DNA of 29,456 nt from a virus: IMG/VR virus record IMGVR_UViG_3300002461_000876, one strand, 5' to 3'. The stretch's first letter is position 1. Every line of letters starts with the position of its first letter. Positions 1 through 8,246 of this stretch are shown piece by piece. Under the pieces are notes generated by a model, which was not told where the DNA came from, ran no database searches, and saw only the letters and a program-made list of their open reading frames with translations. Made by a program: the position numbers and the translations under genes.

Positions 1-1381
1 TCTCGTACGCCCACGAGTCCTGGTACCCCACCCACGGTCCGTTGGTCGGACCGACATCTCCGGACCATGTCGCGATGACCATGGACGGATCGTGAACATC
101 GGATCGGATCTGCCGCACCGCGTCCACGGACACAGCGCCCGCTCCTTGGAGCTGAAGGAAGACGATCGTCGGCTGGAGCTGGCGGGCCGCCTCGACAAGC
201 GCACGATCCCTCGAGGCCGTGTCTCTCAGACTGGTCCACTGCACCACGGAGTGGCCGGCGCTACCCATGGCTCGGAACGCCTCGACCATAGACGTCTGAG
301 GGTCATCCTCGGTCCAGAGCTGGAAGTGAAGGAACCTCTCGGGGCCGGAGATCCGGTTCGCTGGGATGCGTCCGACATCAGGATCGAGACTCGGTATCCT
401 GGACCATCGCTGATTCGGAGACTCGCCGATCTCGATCCTTCGCAGTGCCTCGAGTTCGTGAGGTTGAACAGATGGCGCAGGACCCCTGAACGACAGCCTG
501 TCGATCGATGGCCAGCGGCGGAAAAATCCCCGTCGCGCGACGTCCTTCTTGGAGTTTCCGGCTCGGAGTTCGTCTCGGTGTTCGTCGTGGCGAACCCTTG
601 CGTCAGGAGCTTCGACGACCTTGTACCCGAGGCGGTACACCCAGCATGAGAGTTCGGTGTCACCTCCGTAGGTGTAGTAGACGCTCGCCCACATGCCGCC
701 GCAGATCTCGGCGATCTTCTGGAGCAGAGAGCCTCGAGTGATCGAGAAGTTGGCGTAGGGGATCGATCCGAAGATCTTCTCGTTCTTCCACTTCCCACCC
801 TCGAGGAACGCCATCGAGATCTGCCCAACGAACGGATCCCGGAAGTAACGAACACCCTTCTCGATCGCATCATCGTAGAGCTCGGCATCGTCGTTCATGG
901 CGACGACGTAACGCCCCTTCGACACGGACCATGCTGCATTGAACGCCTTGACAGCGCCGTTGAGGCCGCCGTTGACGACGGTGCAGTCGGGTTGATCCTT
1001 GAGCCATGCATACGACGGATCCGCCTCCGAACCGATCGCGACGATAATCTCGTAGGTCGTCGACGAGCACGCCTTGCGAATCGAAGCGACGCAACGCTGA
1101 AGAAGAGATGTTCGGTTGTGTGTACCGAGGACGACGCTGATCTCGACAGAGTACGATCCGACATCAGGGAGGAGCGGGTGGAGAAGCTTCGTGTCGACGA
1201 CGCTCGGGTCCGGAGGGATGTAGCCACGGCTCCGAGGATGTCGAGGTCCGGATGTCTCTCGACTACGGCTTTCTCTCGGCCTTGGATTGGGGACTGGGGT
1301 GACGACTCGATCTACGGATGGAGAGTTCGGACGAATCTTGACGCTCCGTCCGCCGTCACCCTTTCGGATCTTGATCCCCAT
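1..1381 (-). CDS. Two-domain glycosyltransferase (GT2/GT-A domain plus a probable CgeB-like GT-B domain), 3' end outside the window
   Basis: Not in the ORF track because it has no stop in the window. Manual translation from ATG 1381 (MGIKIRKG...) stays open to base 1 and gives the GT2 signature ISVVLGTHNR...YEIIV...AFNAAWSVSKGRYVVAMNDD and YGGDTELS, then PTIVFLQLQ...WSGD. Confidence 0.85.
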   Translation of the reverse strand, partial: MGIKIRKGDGGRSVKIRPNSPSVDRVVTPVPNPRPRESRSRETSGPRHPRSRGYIPPDPSVVDTKLLHPLLPDVGSYSVEISVVLGTHNRTSLLQRCVASIRKACSSTTYEIIVAIGSEADPSYAWLKDQPDCTVVNGGLNGAVKAFNAAWSVSKGRYVVAMNDDAELYDDAIEKGVRYFRDPFVGQISMAFLEGGKWKNEKIFGSIPYANFSITRGSLLQKIAEICGGMWASVYYTYGGDTELSCWVYRLGYKVVEAPDARVRHDEHRDELRAGNSKKDVARRGFFRRWPSIDRLSFRGPAPSVQPHELEALRRIEIGESPNQRWSRIPSLDPDVGRIPANRISGPERFLHFQLWTEDDPQTSMVEAFRAMGSAGHSVVQWTSLRDTASRDRALVEAARQLQPTIVFLQLQGAGAVSVDAVRQIRSDVHDPSMVIATWSGDVGPTNGPWVGYQDSWAYE

Positions 1382-1387
1382 CGCGAT

Positions 1388-2245
1388 TCATCCACGAATC
1401 TTGGCGCCCTTGGGGCACGTCGGACAGGGAGTTTCTGGCGTCGTGGTCGCGGACTGCGATTCACGGACCGTCACGGTGCTTCGTTGGGGGATGGTGGAGG
1501 TTCCACCGGGGCGTCCGACGCGGATTCTGTTGGCGTTCTGCACGGGTCTCTCCTGGGTCTTGGCTGCTGGAGGTTGAGGTGAAGCAGCCCCCCTCATAGT
1601 CCACGTACAGCGATGATCACGCAAGAAACTGTTATCGTCGTGGTAATGCCTCGTCTTCTGCCCGTAGAACGCGTCAACCGCCGATCCGACGTCGATGATG
1701 GTCTGACGCCTCGAGGGATCTTGCCGGGTCCAGTATCGATGGATGATCACCTTCGCGCATGGCCCAGCCGCAACGAAGATCGGACGATCGATGCCTAGGA
1801 GCTCGTCGACCACGGAATCCAGATCCCAAGTGGAGGAGACCCCGTCCTTGGGAACCTCAATCCCGCCGTGTTGACCCACGACGATGGCGTCGTAACGGTG
1901 GAACAGCTCTCCGATCCTCGAGAGATTGGCGTGGAGGAAGATCGTCGCGAAGGTGAGCCTCGACTCAGGAGTATGGATTCGGTTCGCCAGTGTGACGTAC
2001 TTGGCGAGACAGCAAGCCATAGGGATCCCGACACAGTATCGGTCGTCGACATACTCCATCGACTCGATCAAGTACGGAGCGATCCACGACTCCCCTCTCG
2101 AGGCGTCGGTCCTCCACTGGTCCGCGCTCACGTAGGGTTTCTTCGCGACGAGGCTCGCCTCTCCATCCCCGTACCTGACCAGCGCGAACGGTTCCTCGGC
2201 CTCGAGGATCGCGTCGAAGTCCCGATCGTGACGATGGCTGAACAT
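1388..2245 (-). CDS. GT-D fold (DUF1792-like) glycosyltransferase
   Basis: FALVRYGDGE, AAGPCAKVI and IIDVGS resemble GT-D family motifs; adjacent to a GT2 gene; low-complexity C-terminal tail ending in CPTC. Confidence 0.7.
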   Translation of the reverse strand: MFSHRHDRDFDAILEAEEPFALVRYGDGEASLVAKKPYVSADQWRTDASRGESWIAPYLIESMEYVDDRYCVGIPMACCLAKYVTLANRIHTPESRLTFATIFLHANLSRIGELFHRYDAIVVGQHGGIEVPKDGVSSTWDLDSVVDELLGIDRPIFVAAGPCAKVIIHRYWTRQDPSRRQTIIDVGSAVDAFYGQKTRHYHDDNSFLRDHRCTWTMRGAASPQPPAAKTQERPVQNANRIRVGRPGGTSTIPQRSTVTVRESQSATTTPETPCPTCPKGAKIRG

Positions 2246-2273
2246 CGACCTATACTAGACGATCACATGAACC

Positions 2274-2784
2274 TGGCACTGAGTTCTTCTCTTCCGACCC
2301 GACACGAGATTCGACCACGGCAATGACCCCTGACACTGGATCCTGATGTTCCCGATCCGCTCGACGATCAAGAGCAGCTATGCCTGGCACGGAGTCCTGA
2401 TCTTCCGACCTGGTACGAGATCGCTCCGAGTAGAACGACGTCCGTCATGGCGAGCGTGGCACTGGGTCCTGCTCTTCCGACCCGGTACGAAAACATCTTA
2501 ATCCGGGGTCCTGCTCTTCCGACCCGGTACGATGGTCCGAGCATCTGACCGTGGCACCGGGTCCTGTTCTTCCGACCCGGTACGAGCTGAGTCGCACGCC
2601 ACGCACCTCGGCGATGAAGTCGGCTGGCACCGGATCCTGCTCTTCCGATCCGGTGCGAGACTTTTTTCGCGAAGTCCAGGCGGTGTCTGGCACTGGGTCC
2701 TGCTCTTCCGACCCGGTACGAGGTGAGGCCCCGGTCTTGCGTGCGTCGCTCCATTCATCTCGGATCGGGTCGGAAGTTCAGGAC
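2274..2784. repeat. Array of eight 34-bp hairpin direct repeats (consensus TGGCACYGGGTCCTGCTCTTCCGACCCGGTACGA) with unique 15-39 bp spacers, plus one inverted copy
   Basis: Copies at 2274-2307, 2331-2367 (degenerate), 2385-2418, 2457-2490, 2506-2532 (5' truncated), 2552-2585, 2625-2658 and 2688-2721; inverted copy at 2760-2784. Confidence 0.95.
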
Positions 2785-2807
2785 ACTTCCCCGTTCGTAG
2801 AGGGCCA

Positions 2808-2833
2808 CCTCGATCCGAAGACTCGGGTCGAGG
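2808..2833. terminator. Stem-loop flanking the repeat array
   Basis: CCTCGATCCGA-AGAC-TCGGGTCGAGG: 11-bp stem with one T-G pair; no long U tract. Confidence 0.45.
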
Positions 2834-2958
2834 CTTGACGGCACTCTCCAGGGGCATCACATCGGGCATGCCCTGCCCTAGACCAGCTCGGTGCCGGCGA
2901 CGTCAACCTGCCACGGATCGGCGTCGCTCGGCAAGGGAAAGTTTCCGGACCGGTCAGG

Positions 2959-3831
2959 TCACGATGGGGTGCGGACCGTGAAGTCGCGGAACCTTCCCAG
3001 AATGTCGGATGGTCCGTCGACGTTCGAGTAGGTCATGAGTCCAAGCGCTACCGTGTTTGGCATCGCAGGAGTGGCGACGCTTCGATTGACCGTGTTGATC
3101 AGCGTCCATGGTCCATCTTGCGAGGGTCCGAAGAACGTCGAGAAGATCTGTCCGATCCTAAGCAAGCGAAGCCATCCCGCTCCACTTGGGTTCGGGATGT
3201 AGTCGAAGTGAGACACGCTGTCTTCCGTCGACTTGTGCTCCGCCTGCAGAGCACCTGTTCCGTTCGAACCGAACCCGACGTGGACATAGTTGTAGGGCGG
3301 ACCAGAGGTGTCGAGCGCGGACAGACCGACGATTTTGAAATCTTCGGTCGGGGCTGCAGCGTCATCCGCGGCGTTCCTGGCCTCCGCGTAGACTCGAGCA
3401 TCGAAGTTCAGGGGGCATGCCTGGTTGAGAAGGAGCCCGTCGAACGCGTTGAACCAGAACGTTCGGTTGACGCCAGATCCTCCGCCGATGATCGGGATCC
3501 GTGCGTACCCTCCACCTACCGTGATCCCCGGCGTCGCCGCGGGCTTGATGATCCCCCACTTCGGAAGAAGTAGGTCTCCTGAGAACGGATCGTCGAGCGC
3601 CGAGAGAGGATCGACGTAGGGCTCCGGAGGAATGTCGATCTCTGGAACTGGATCCGTCGCGAAGAACGGATCGTAGTCCGGGTATCTCACCAGCGATCTG
3701 CGGACTCTTCCGTTTCGAAGAGCGGCCAGTCGCATGAGCTCCTGGGCCGTGAACCGAACCGGGTCGATCGTCCGAATGGGATCGCTCTGAACTCTCAGGT
3801 AGTGACGGGCCCGTCCGATCAGGATCAGCAT
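2959..3831 (-). CDS. Protein with C-terminal concanavalin A-like beta-sandwich (DUF1349-like), possible virion receptor- or glycan-binding protein
   Basis: GWLRLLRIGQIFSTFF...DGPWTLI...LGLMTYS...FRDF pattern typical of ConA-like domains. Confidence 0.55.
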   Translation of the reverse strand: MLILIGRARHYLRVQSDPIRTIDPVRFTAQELMRLAALRNGRVRRSLVRYPDYDPFFATDPVPEIDIPPEPYVDPLSALDDPFSGDLLLPKWGIIKPAATPGITVGGGYARIPIIGGGSGVNRTFWFNAFDGLLLNQACPLNFDARVYAEARNAADDAAAPTEDFKIVGLSALDTSGPPYNYVHVGFGSNGTGALQAEHKSTEDSVSHFDYIPNPSGAGWLRLLRIGQIFSTFFGPSQDGPWTLINTVNRSVATPAMPNTVALGLMTYSNVDGPSDILGRFRDFTVRTPS

Positions 3832-3861
3832 TCTCCGTCCAGCCTACCACGCCCCTGAAAC

Positions 3862-3904
3862 GACTCGAGGCGCGGCCGATGGATCACCGGGCGCGCCTCG
3901 AGTC
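3862..3904. terminator. Strong hairpin just downstream of the 3921-5513 gene
   Basis: GACTCGAGGCGCG...CGCGCCTCGAGTC, a perfect 13-bp inverted repeat in an intergenic gap. Confidence 0.6.
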
Positions 3905-3920
3905 CGATCCTGAGGTTGGC

Positions 3921-5513
3921 CTAGACCGAGGCTTCAGCGGTCGCCTCGGGGCTGCCCGAAGCCTCATCTGCTGCCGGTTCGACCGCAGCGTCGACGACCA
4001 TGGGCCTCCATCCGATTCCCCTGTACGCCTCGTAGACCTCCCTCGCCACGGACTTGGCGCCGACGCCGGAAGAGTCGAGGAGCTGGGAGATCGAACCCTG
4101 GTGAGACGGCGGGTTGATCATGCCCCACGTCGAACGCTGCGAGTCGTAGGGAAGAACGAGCGTCAGACCTCCGATGTGCTGGACCACCGCCGCGAGATGG
4201 GTGGACCACCCCCTCTCGTGGACGCGCTGGAACTCGCGGAACGCCCGCATCGTCGCGACGCTGCACACCCATGCACCCCGGCCGACGTCGACCTCGACCT
4301 CCGATGCGTTCGGAGCCTCGGGCCCGATCAGCTCGATGTCGGAGCTGTCATCCGAATGGTAGATCGTGCCCGCGGCCGCGACGACCACGGGGATCCCCTT
4401 CTCCTCGAGCTCCTTGATCCGTGCGACAGCCAACTCGAACCACCGACCCGAAGGGATCGAATCCTCGTCGAAGACCGCGACGTACGGAGTCGTGAACTCC
4501 GCAGCCTGCAGGAACCGACGCCACGGTCCCATGTCTCGCTTCGACTGGTGCACCATCCCCGGGATGGCGTCGATCGCCGGAGCGTCGCTGGGGTAGATCG
4601 ACGATGGGTTCACCCAGAGCTCGACATCGTACGGTCGCAGGGTTTGCCGCGAGATCATCGTCATCTGCTGACGGAGCAGCTGCGGACGATCGTGGGTCGA
4701 GAGCATCACGGTGATCGGCGACGACGGATCCAACTCGATCGGGCGGACCGCAGACGATCCAGGGCGTGCCTCGACGCTCATCGATCCGACCGGGGCCCCG
4801 GGGAGGATCGGCGAGTCGGTCGAAGGCAGCGTCACGCCAGGGGGCTGGCCGACGGTGTTGCCGGTCGGAATCGGGGTCTCGGTGGGCACGACACGGATCC
4901 CTGCCGTCCCTTGCGTCGTGACGATCCTCGCGCCCGAGACCGGGTGGCCGCTGGTCTGCCGCGCGATTCCACCCGAGTGCTGGGGAGGTGCCGGAAGAGG
5001 CGTTCCACCCCTCACCGAGACCGGTCCACGTGGACCCGTCACCGATGGGCGTCCCGCGCTACGGGGTGTCGGAGCGACGCCGGGCGCCGAGGTCACTCGG
5101 ACCTTCCAGGCCGCCGCCTTGTCGCCGCCGGTCTGATTGGTGCGGACCTGGCCGAGCGGATCGTCGGGGTTGAACTCGCGCTGGTTGTTCAGCTCGAAGT
5201 TGGGATTCACGACGTGGCCGGGTGGGATCACGCGGCCGTCCGGGGCCAGGTTCTGGACGAAGTTGGGGTTCACGACGTGACCGGGCGGAACGATCGATCC
5301 GTCGGGGGCGCGAGGGGGTTCGGGGAACGATGCCGGGAGGGTCGGAGCGACGGTTCGCGCCTCGACCGAGGCCGGTTCGGACGCCGGGCCAGGAGCTGCG
5401 TCCCAGGGCATCGTCGCTTTTCCTGACGCAGGCGGAGCGTGGTCCGCGGGTGGAACGGTCGTGGCGGTGGCGGCTCGAGCAGCTCGAGCTTCGGCGAGTT
5501 TGTTGTCGGTCAT
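3921..5513 (-). CDS. GT2-like glycosyltransferase with long Pro/Ala-rich N-terminal extension
   Basis: ITVMLSTHDRPQLL...QTLRP...YVAVFDEDSIP (DxD motif); about 260 aa of low-complexity N-terminus containing a 21-aa tandem repeat. Confidence 0.75.
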   Translation of the reverse strand: MTDNKLAEARAARAATATTVPPADHAPPASGKATMPWDAAPGPASEPASVEARTVAPTLPASFPEPPRAPDGSIVPPGHVVNPNFVQNLAPDGRVIPPGHVVNPNFELNNQREFNPDDPLGQVRTNQTGGDKAAAWKVRVTSAPGVAPTPRSAGRPSVTGPRGPVSVRGGTPLPAPPQHSGGIARQTSGHPVSGARIVTTQGTAGIRVVPTETPIPTGNTVGQPPGVTLPSTDSPILPGAPVGSMSVEARPGSSAVRPIELDPSSPITVMLSTHDRPQLLRQQMTMISRQTLRPYDVELWVNPSSIYPSDAPAIDAIPGMVHQSKRDMGPWRRFLQAAEFTTPYVAVFDEDSIPSGRWFELAVARIKELEEKGIPVVVAAAGTIYHSDDSSDIELIGPEAPNASEVEVDVGRGAWVCSVATMRAFREFQRVHERGWSTHLAAVVQHIGGLTLVLPYDSQRSTWGMINPPSHQGSISQLLDSSGVGAKSVAREVYEAYRGIGWRPMVVDAAVEPAADEASGSPEATAEASV

Positions 5514-6529
5514 CGTGAGATTGCCTCTGTGGTCGAGTCTGTGTCCTGGATCGAAACAGGGAAGTAGTGCGTCTTGCCATCTCGGCTTTCTGATCGCACG
5601 CGTCCCATCTGAGTAAGCCTCTTGATCGAACTGCTGATTTCTGATCGCTTCGCAGCGATCAGACCAGGGAGAGTGGCGCCGGGAGTACCTGAGAAGCCGT
5701 GCTTCTCGATCTCGCTCATGACGACGTCATCGAGGTCACTGTGATCGTAGTAGCCGATTCCCTGTTGCTTCACGTCTGCGGATCTCGACTCCGAGAACAA
5801 CGACGTCTGCATATGGTTCGTGAGCGTGGCGATGCGATCACTCGAGCACTTGAAGTTCTCGAGCTTCTTCTCGATCCCGAGAAACCTTCGGCCAAGACCG
5901 ATCGCCGCAACGCCGGTCGTCCCAGACCCGAGATGGGAGTCGAGGATCGATTCTCCGGGCTGCGTGTAGTCCCGTACCAGTGCCTGCATCAGTCCAAGTG
6001 GCTTCGCTCCACCGACGCTTTGATCGTGACGCTCAGAGCAGTAGTACCCACCGGGCTTGGTGCCCCACTTCTTGCGCAACTTGGGACGAGCGACGACCAG
6101 GTAGATCGCCCACGACGAGGGCCCATCGCCTTGGATCCGAACGTTCATGCCCGGAATGATGATCGGGATCGGGTGGAAGACATAGTGACCGAGACGCTTG
6201 AGCTCTCTCTCCCAGATCGGGTAGAGCACATGATCGGTCTGGACCAAGATCCACTTCCTCGTGATCCTGACGTAGTGCTCGGAGAGCACGGCCACATCCT
6301 TCTCGCTCAAGAAGTCGTAGCCCAGTCCATCCTTGGTGATCCAGGAGGCCTGGTTCTCTTCTGAGTCACGGCGCGTCGTCTTCTGACCCTCGTGGGTCTT
6401 CGCGCTGTAAGGCGGATCAGGCATCGTGTGATCGATCGACTGATCCGGTACCGAAGGAAGACCTTCGCTTGCGAAGCAGTCGGCGTGGACGATCTTCCAG
6501 CCCGATTCTGGAATCGTGAGCGAGTTCAC
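5510..6529 (-). CDS. N6-adenine/N4-cytosine DNA methyltransferase (beta class) with C-terminal winged-helix-like extension
   Basis: Catalytic DPPY precedes the SAM-binding ILDSHLGSGTTGVAA...FLGIE; KPLGLM motif. Confidence 0.92.
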   Translation of the reverse strand: MNSLTIPESGWKIVHADCFASEGLPSVPDQSIDHTMPDPPYSAKTHEGQKTTRRDSEENQASWITKDGLGYDFLSEKDVAVLSEHYVRITRKWILVQTDHVLYPIWERELKRLGHYVFHPIPIIIPGMNVRIQGDGPSSWAIYLVVARPKLRKKWGTKPGGYYCSERHDQSVGGAKPLGLMQALVRDYTQPGESILDSHLGSGTTGVAAIGLGRRFLGIEKKLENFKCSSDRIATLTNHMQTSLFSESRSADVKQQGIGYYDHSDLDDVVMSEIEKHGFSGTPGATLPGLIAAKRSEISSSIKRLTQMGRVRSESRDGKTHYFPVSIQDTDSTTEAISR

Positions 6530-6538
6530 CGGAGCGGG

Positions 6539-6567
6539 AGGGTGCGCGCTGACTTGGGCGACGTCAA
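6539..6567 (-). promoter_or_regulatory. Sigma70-like promoter of the methyltransferase
   Basis: Minus strand TTGACG-17 nt-CACCCT, 9 nt before the GTG start. Confidence 0.5.
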
Positions 6568-6816
6568 CCTTTTCCGTTCGGGTAGCGTAACTCTGTCGTT
6601 TTCTCGGCCTTCTGCTCCAGAAGGCTCAGCGGCGTGGCTTTCGGACCGTCACCGACGATCCCTTGACCTTGGCTCAGCAGGGGGGTGGTCCGCCTGTTCC
6701 TGGCGTCGACGAAGTCGATGCCGGGGCAGTGGATGACGCTTGAACCTTCGCAGATGATCGAATCGATGGAAGGCGAAGCTTCGCGTTACGTGACGATGTG
6801 GTCATGGTCTGATCTC

Positions 6817-7548
6817 CTAGGTTCTGGGCGACGATGCTCGAAGAAGAAGATCTGTGGGGTCTAGCAACTCGGGCGGAGCCGCACTTCCCTTGTACCACTT
6901 CTGGTTCTGCCTGGTTCCACTCCGATAGGTCTCGAAGTGAAGCATCTGCGAGTCGCACTTGCCTTCGCTGTCTGTGATCATGCATCCGATCTCGGCGATC
7001 TTCTGACCAGCTCGGACCCTTGAGCCTTTCCCAAGCCCAAGCTTCTGCGTCGACCCTGGCTCGAGTTCTCCGTAGAGAGCGACGAATCCTGAGTCGTGTT
7101 CGACGAGGACCGCAGGCGTTCCGAGGTTGAAGCTCTGGATCGCAACGATCGTTCCATCATCGATCGCGACGATCGGATCTCTGTGGTAGCCGTACAGATC
7201 GATGCCCGCGTGATGACGGGAGTCTCTCGACGTTCCGAATCGTCGAGAAGCGTTGCCGTGGATCGTCCCGTTGACGTCGCGGTACGCGACTTCTCCGACA
7301 CGGCTGTTCTTCGTGACCACGGGCCAGACCGGGTCGCATGGTCCTTGGACTTGAAGGATGGCGCGACCCTTCGCATCGAACACGACGGCGGGAGGCATGA
7401 CACCCGGTGCCAGGGCTCGATCGCATCGAGGTGATACGAATCTTCGCGCGATGACGTAGCCCAGCACCGACGTTCCAGCTGCCACCACGACAGGGGTAAC
7501 CCATGCAGGTAGGCGTTCGATTCTTCGGATCAGGCTCTTCGTCGACAT
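6817..7548 (-). CDS. M23 (LytM-type) peptidoglycan endopeptidase with N-terminal membrane anchor
   Basis: HAGIDL (HxxxD), PIVAIDDGTIV, VRAGQKIAEIG, MLHFE; hydrophobic segment near residues 16-34. Confidence 0.92.
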   Translation of the reverse strand: MSTKSLIRRIERLPAWVTPVVVAAGTSVLGYVIARRFVSPRCDRALAPGVMPPAVVFDAKGRAILQVQGPCDPVWPVVTKNSRVGEVAYRDVNGTIHGNASRRFGTSRDSRHHAGIDLYGYHRDPIVAIDDGTIVAIQSFNLGTPAVLVEHDSGFVALYGELEPGSTQKLGLGKGSRVRAGQKIAEIGCMITDSEGKCDSQMLHFETYRSGTRQNQKWYKGSAAPPELLDPTDLLLRASSPRT

Positions 7549-7552
7549 GGCG

Positions 7553-8242
7553 TCACTGGTCAGGACGCGGTCGACTCCAGTTCAGAGCGGCCTGCCTGCA
7601 CTGCTTGAAGAAGTCGGTGGTCCATGCCGGAGACGATGCGTTCGGAGGCCATGTCTCGTTCGGATAGATCGAGTTGGCGATGCACACTGCGAGTCTCGGA
7701 GCATCGATCGTCGGCAGCTTCTCGAGGCAATCCCTCGCGACTCTTCCTGACATCAGCCAGAGAAGACCTTGCCATCCGGATGGATCTTGGGTCCCGTACT
7801 CCTGGGCGACTCGTTCACGAAGGTCAGACTCGACACGGATCGCGGCATCCCGCTGCCACGACTCCCAGGTTGCAGGGTCGGTCCACGGCCCTGACTCGGG
7901 AAAGCTCATCTCCAGGGCGCATGTCACGGCTTGCGGCCACGACATCACGTCATCGTCGCGTCGACACGTCGAGACAGCATCTCTGGATCGCTGCTCCCAT
8001 CTCACTTCCCACGACTCCTCAGGCTCGACGGCGACGGCCTCGGGTAGTGCTGGGGTGAGCGGAGGCGGAGGCGGAGGAGATGACTCCGGGAGCGACAGAG
8101 GAGAGGATGGCGGAGCAAGAACCTTCATCCGAGACCGCCTGCGGAGAAGAGCTGCCGTCGTGACCGTTGCTGCTCCGAGAAGAACGGCGACGATGCCGAT
8201 CTTCAGCATGCGACGGCTCGGATTCTTGCGTCTCCGCTTCAC
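7553..8242 (-). CDS. Membrane-anchored hypothetical protein with Pro-rich linker (putative virion protein)
   Basis: Start re-assigned to GTG 8242 (MKRRRKNPSRR), then a TM segment, poly-Pro and a Trp/Cys-rich domain. Confidence 0.7.
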   Translation of the reverse strand: MKRRRKNPSRRMLKIGIVAVLLGAATVTTAALLRRRSRMKVLAPPSSPLSLPESSPPPPPPLTPALPEAVAVEPEESWEVRWEQRSRDAVSTCRRDDDVMSWPQAVTCALEMSFPESGPWTDPATWESWQRDAAIRVESDLRERVAQEYGTQDPSGWQGLLWLMSGRVARDCLEKLPTIDAPRLAVCIANSIYPNETWPPNASSPAWTTDFFKQCRQAALNWSRPRPDQ

Positions 8243-8246
8243 GACC

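Noticed and set aside
2471-2477. SapI/BspQI site GCTCTTC in the repeat loop suggesting a synthetic construct
   Set aside because: Repeats are naturally diverged, several copies lack the site, and there is no vector sequence.
2274-2721. Calling the array a canonical CRISPR
   Set aside because: Spacer lengths of 15-39 bp, degenerate repeats, no AT-rich leader and no cas genes in the window; recorded as a repeat instead.
2368-2869. ORFs over the repeat array (RTGSEEQDP and YRVGRAGP peptide repeats)
   Set aside because: Repeat units are not in a constant frame and the peptides appear in several frames, so they are by-products of a nucleotide-level repeat.
3879-5426. Long antisense ORFs (e.g. 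3879-5426, 15204-16277, 20754-21941, 27171-28268)
   Set aside because: Shadow frames opposite genes with clear motifs, expected in GC-rich DNA.
6674-6985. 103-aa minus-strand ORF between the M23 and MTase genes
   Set aside because: Mostly overlaps the M23 gene in another frame; the remainder is a short low-complexity peptide with no support.
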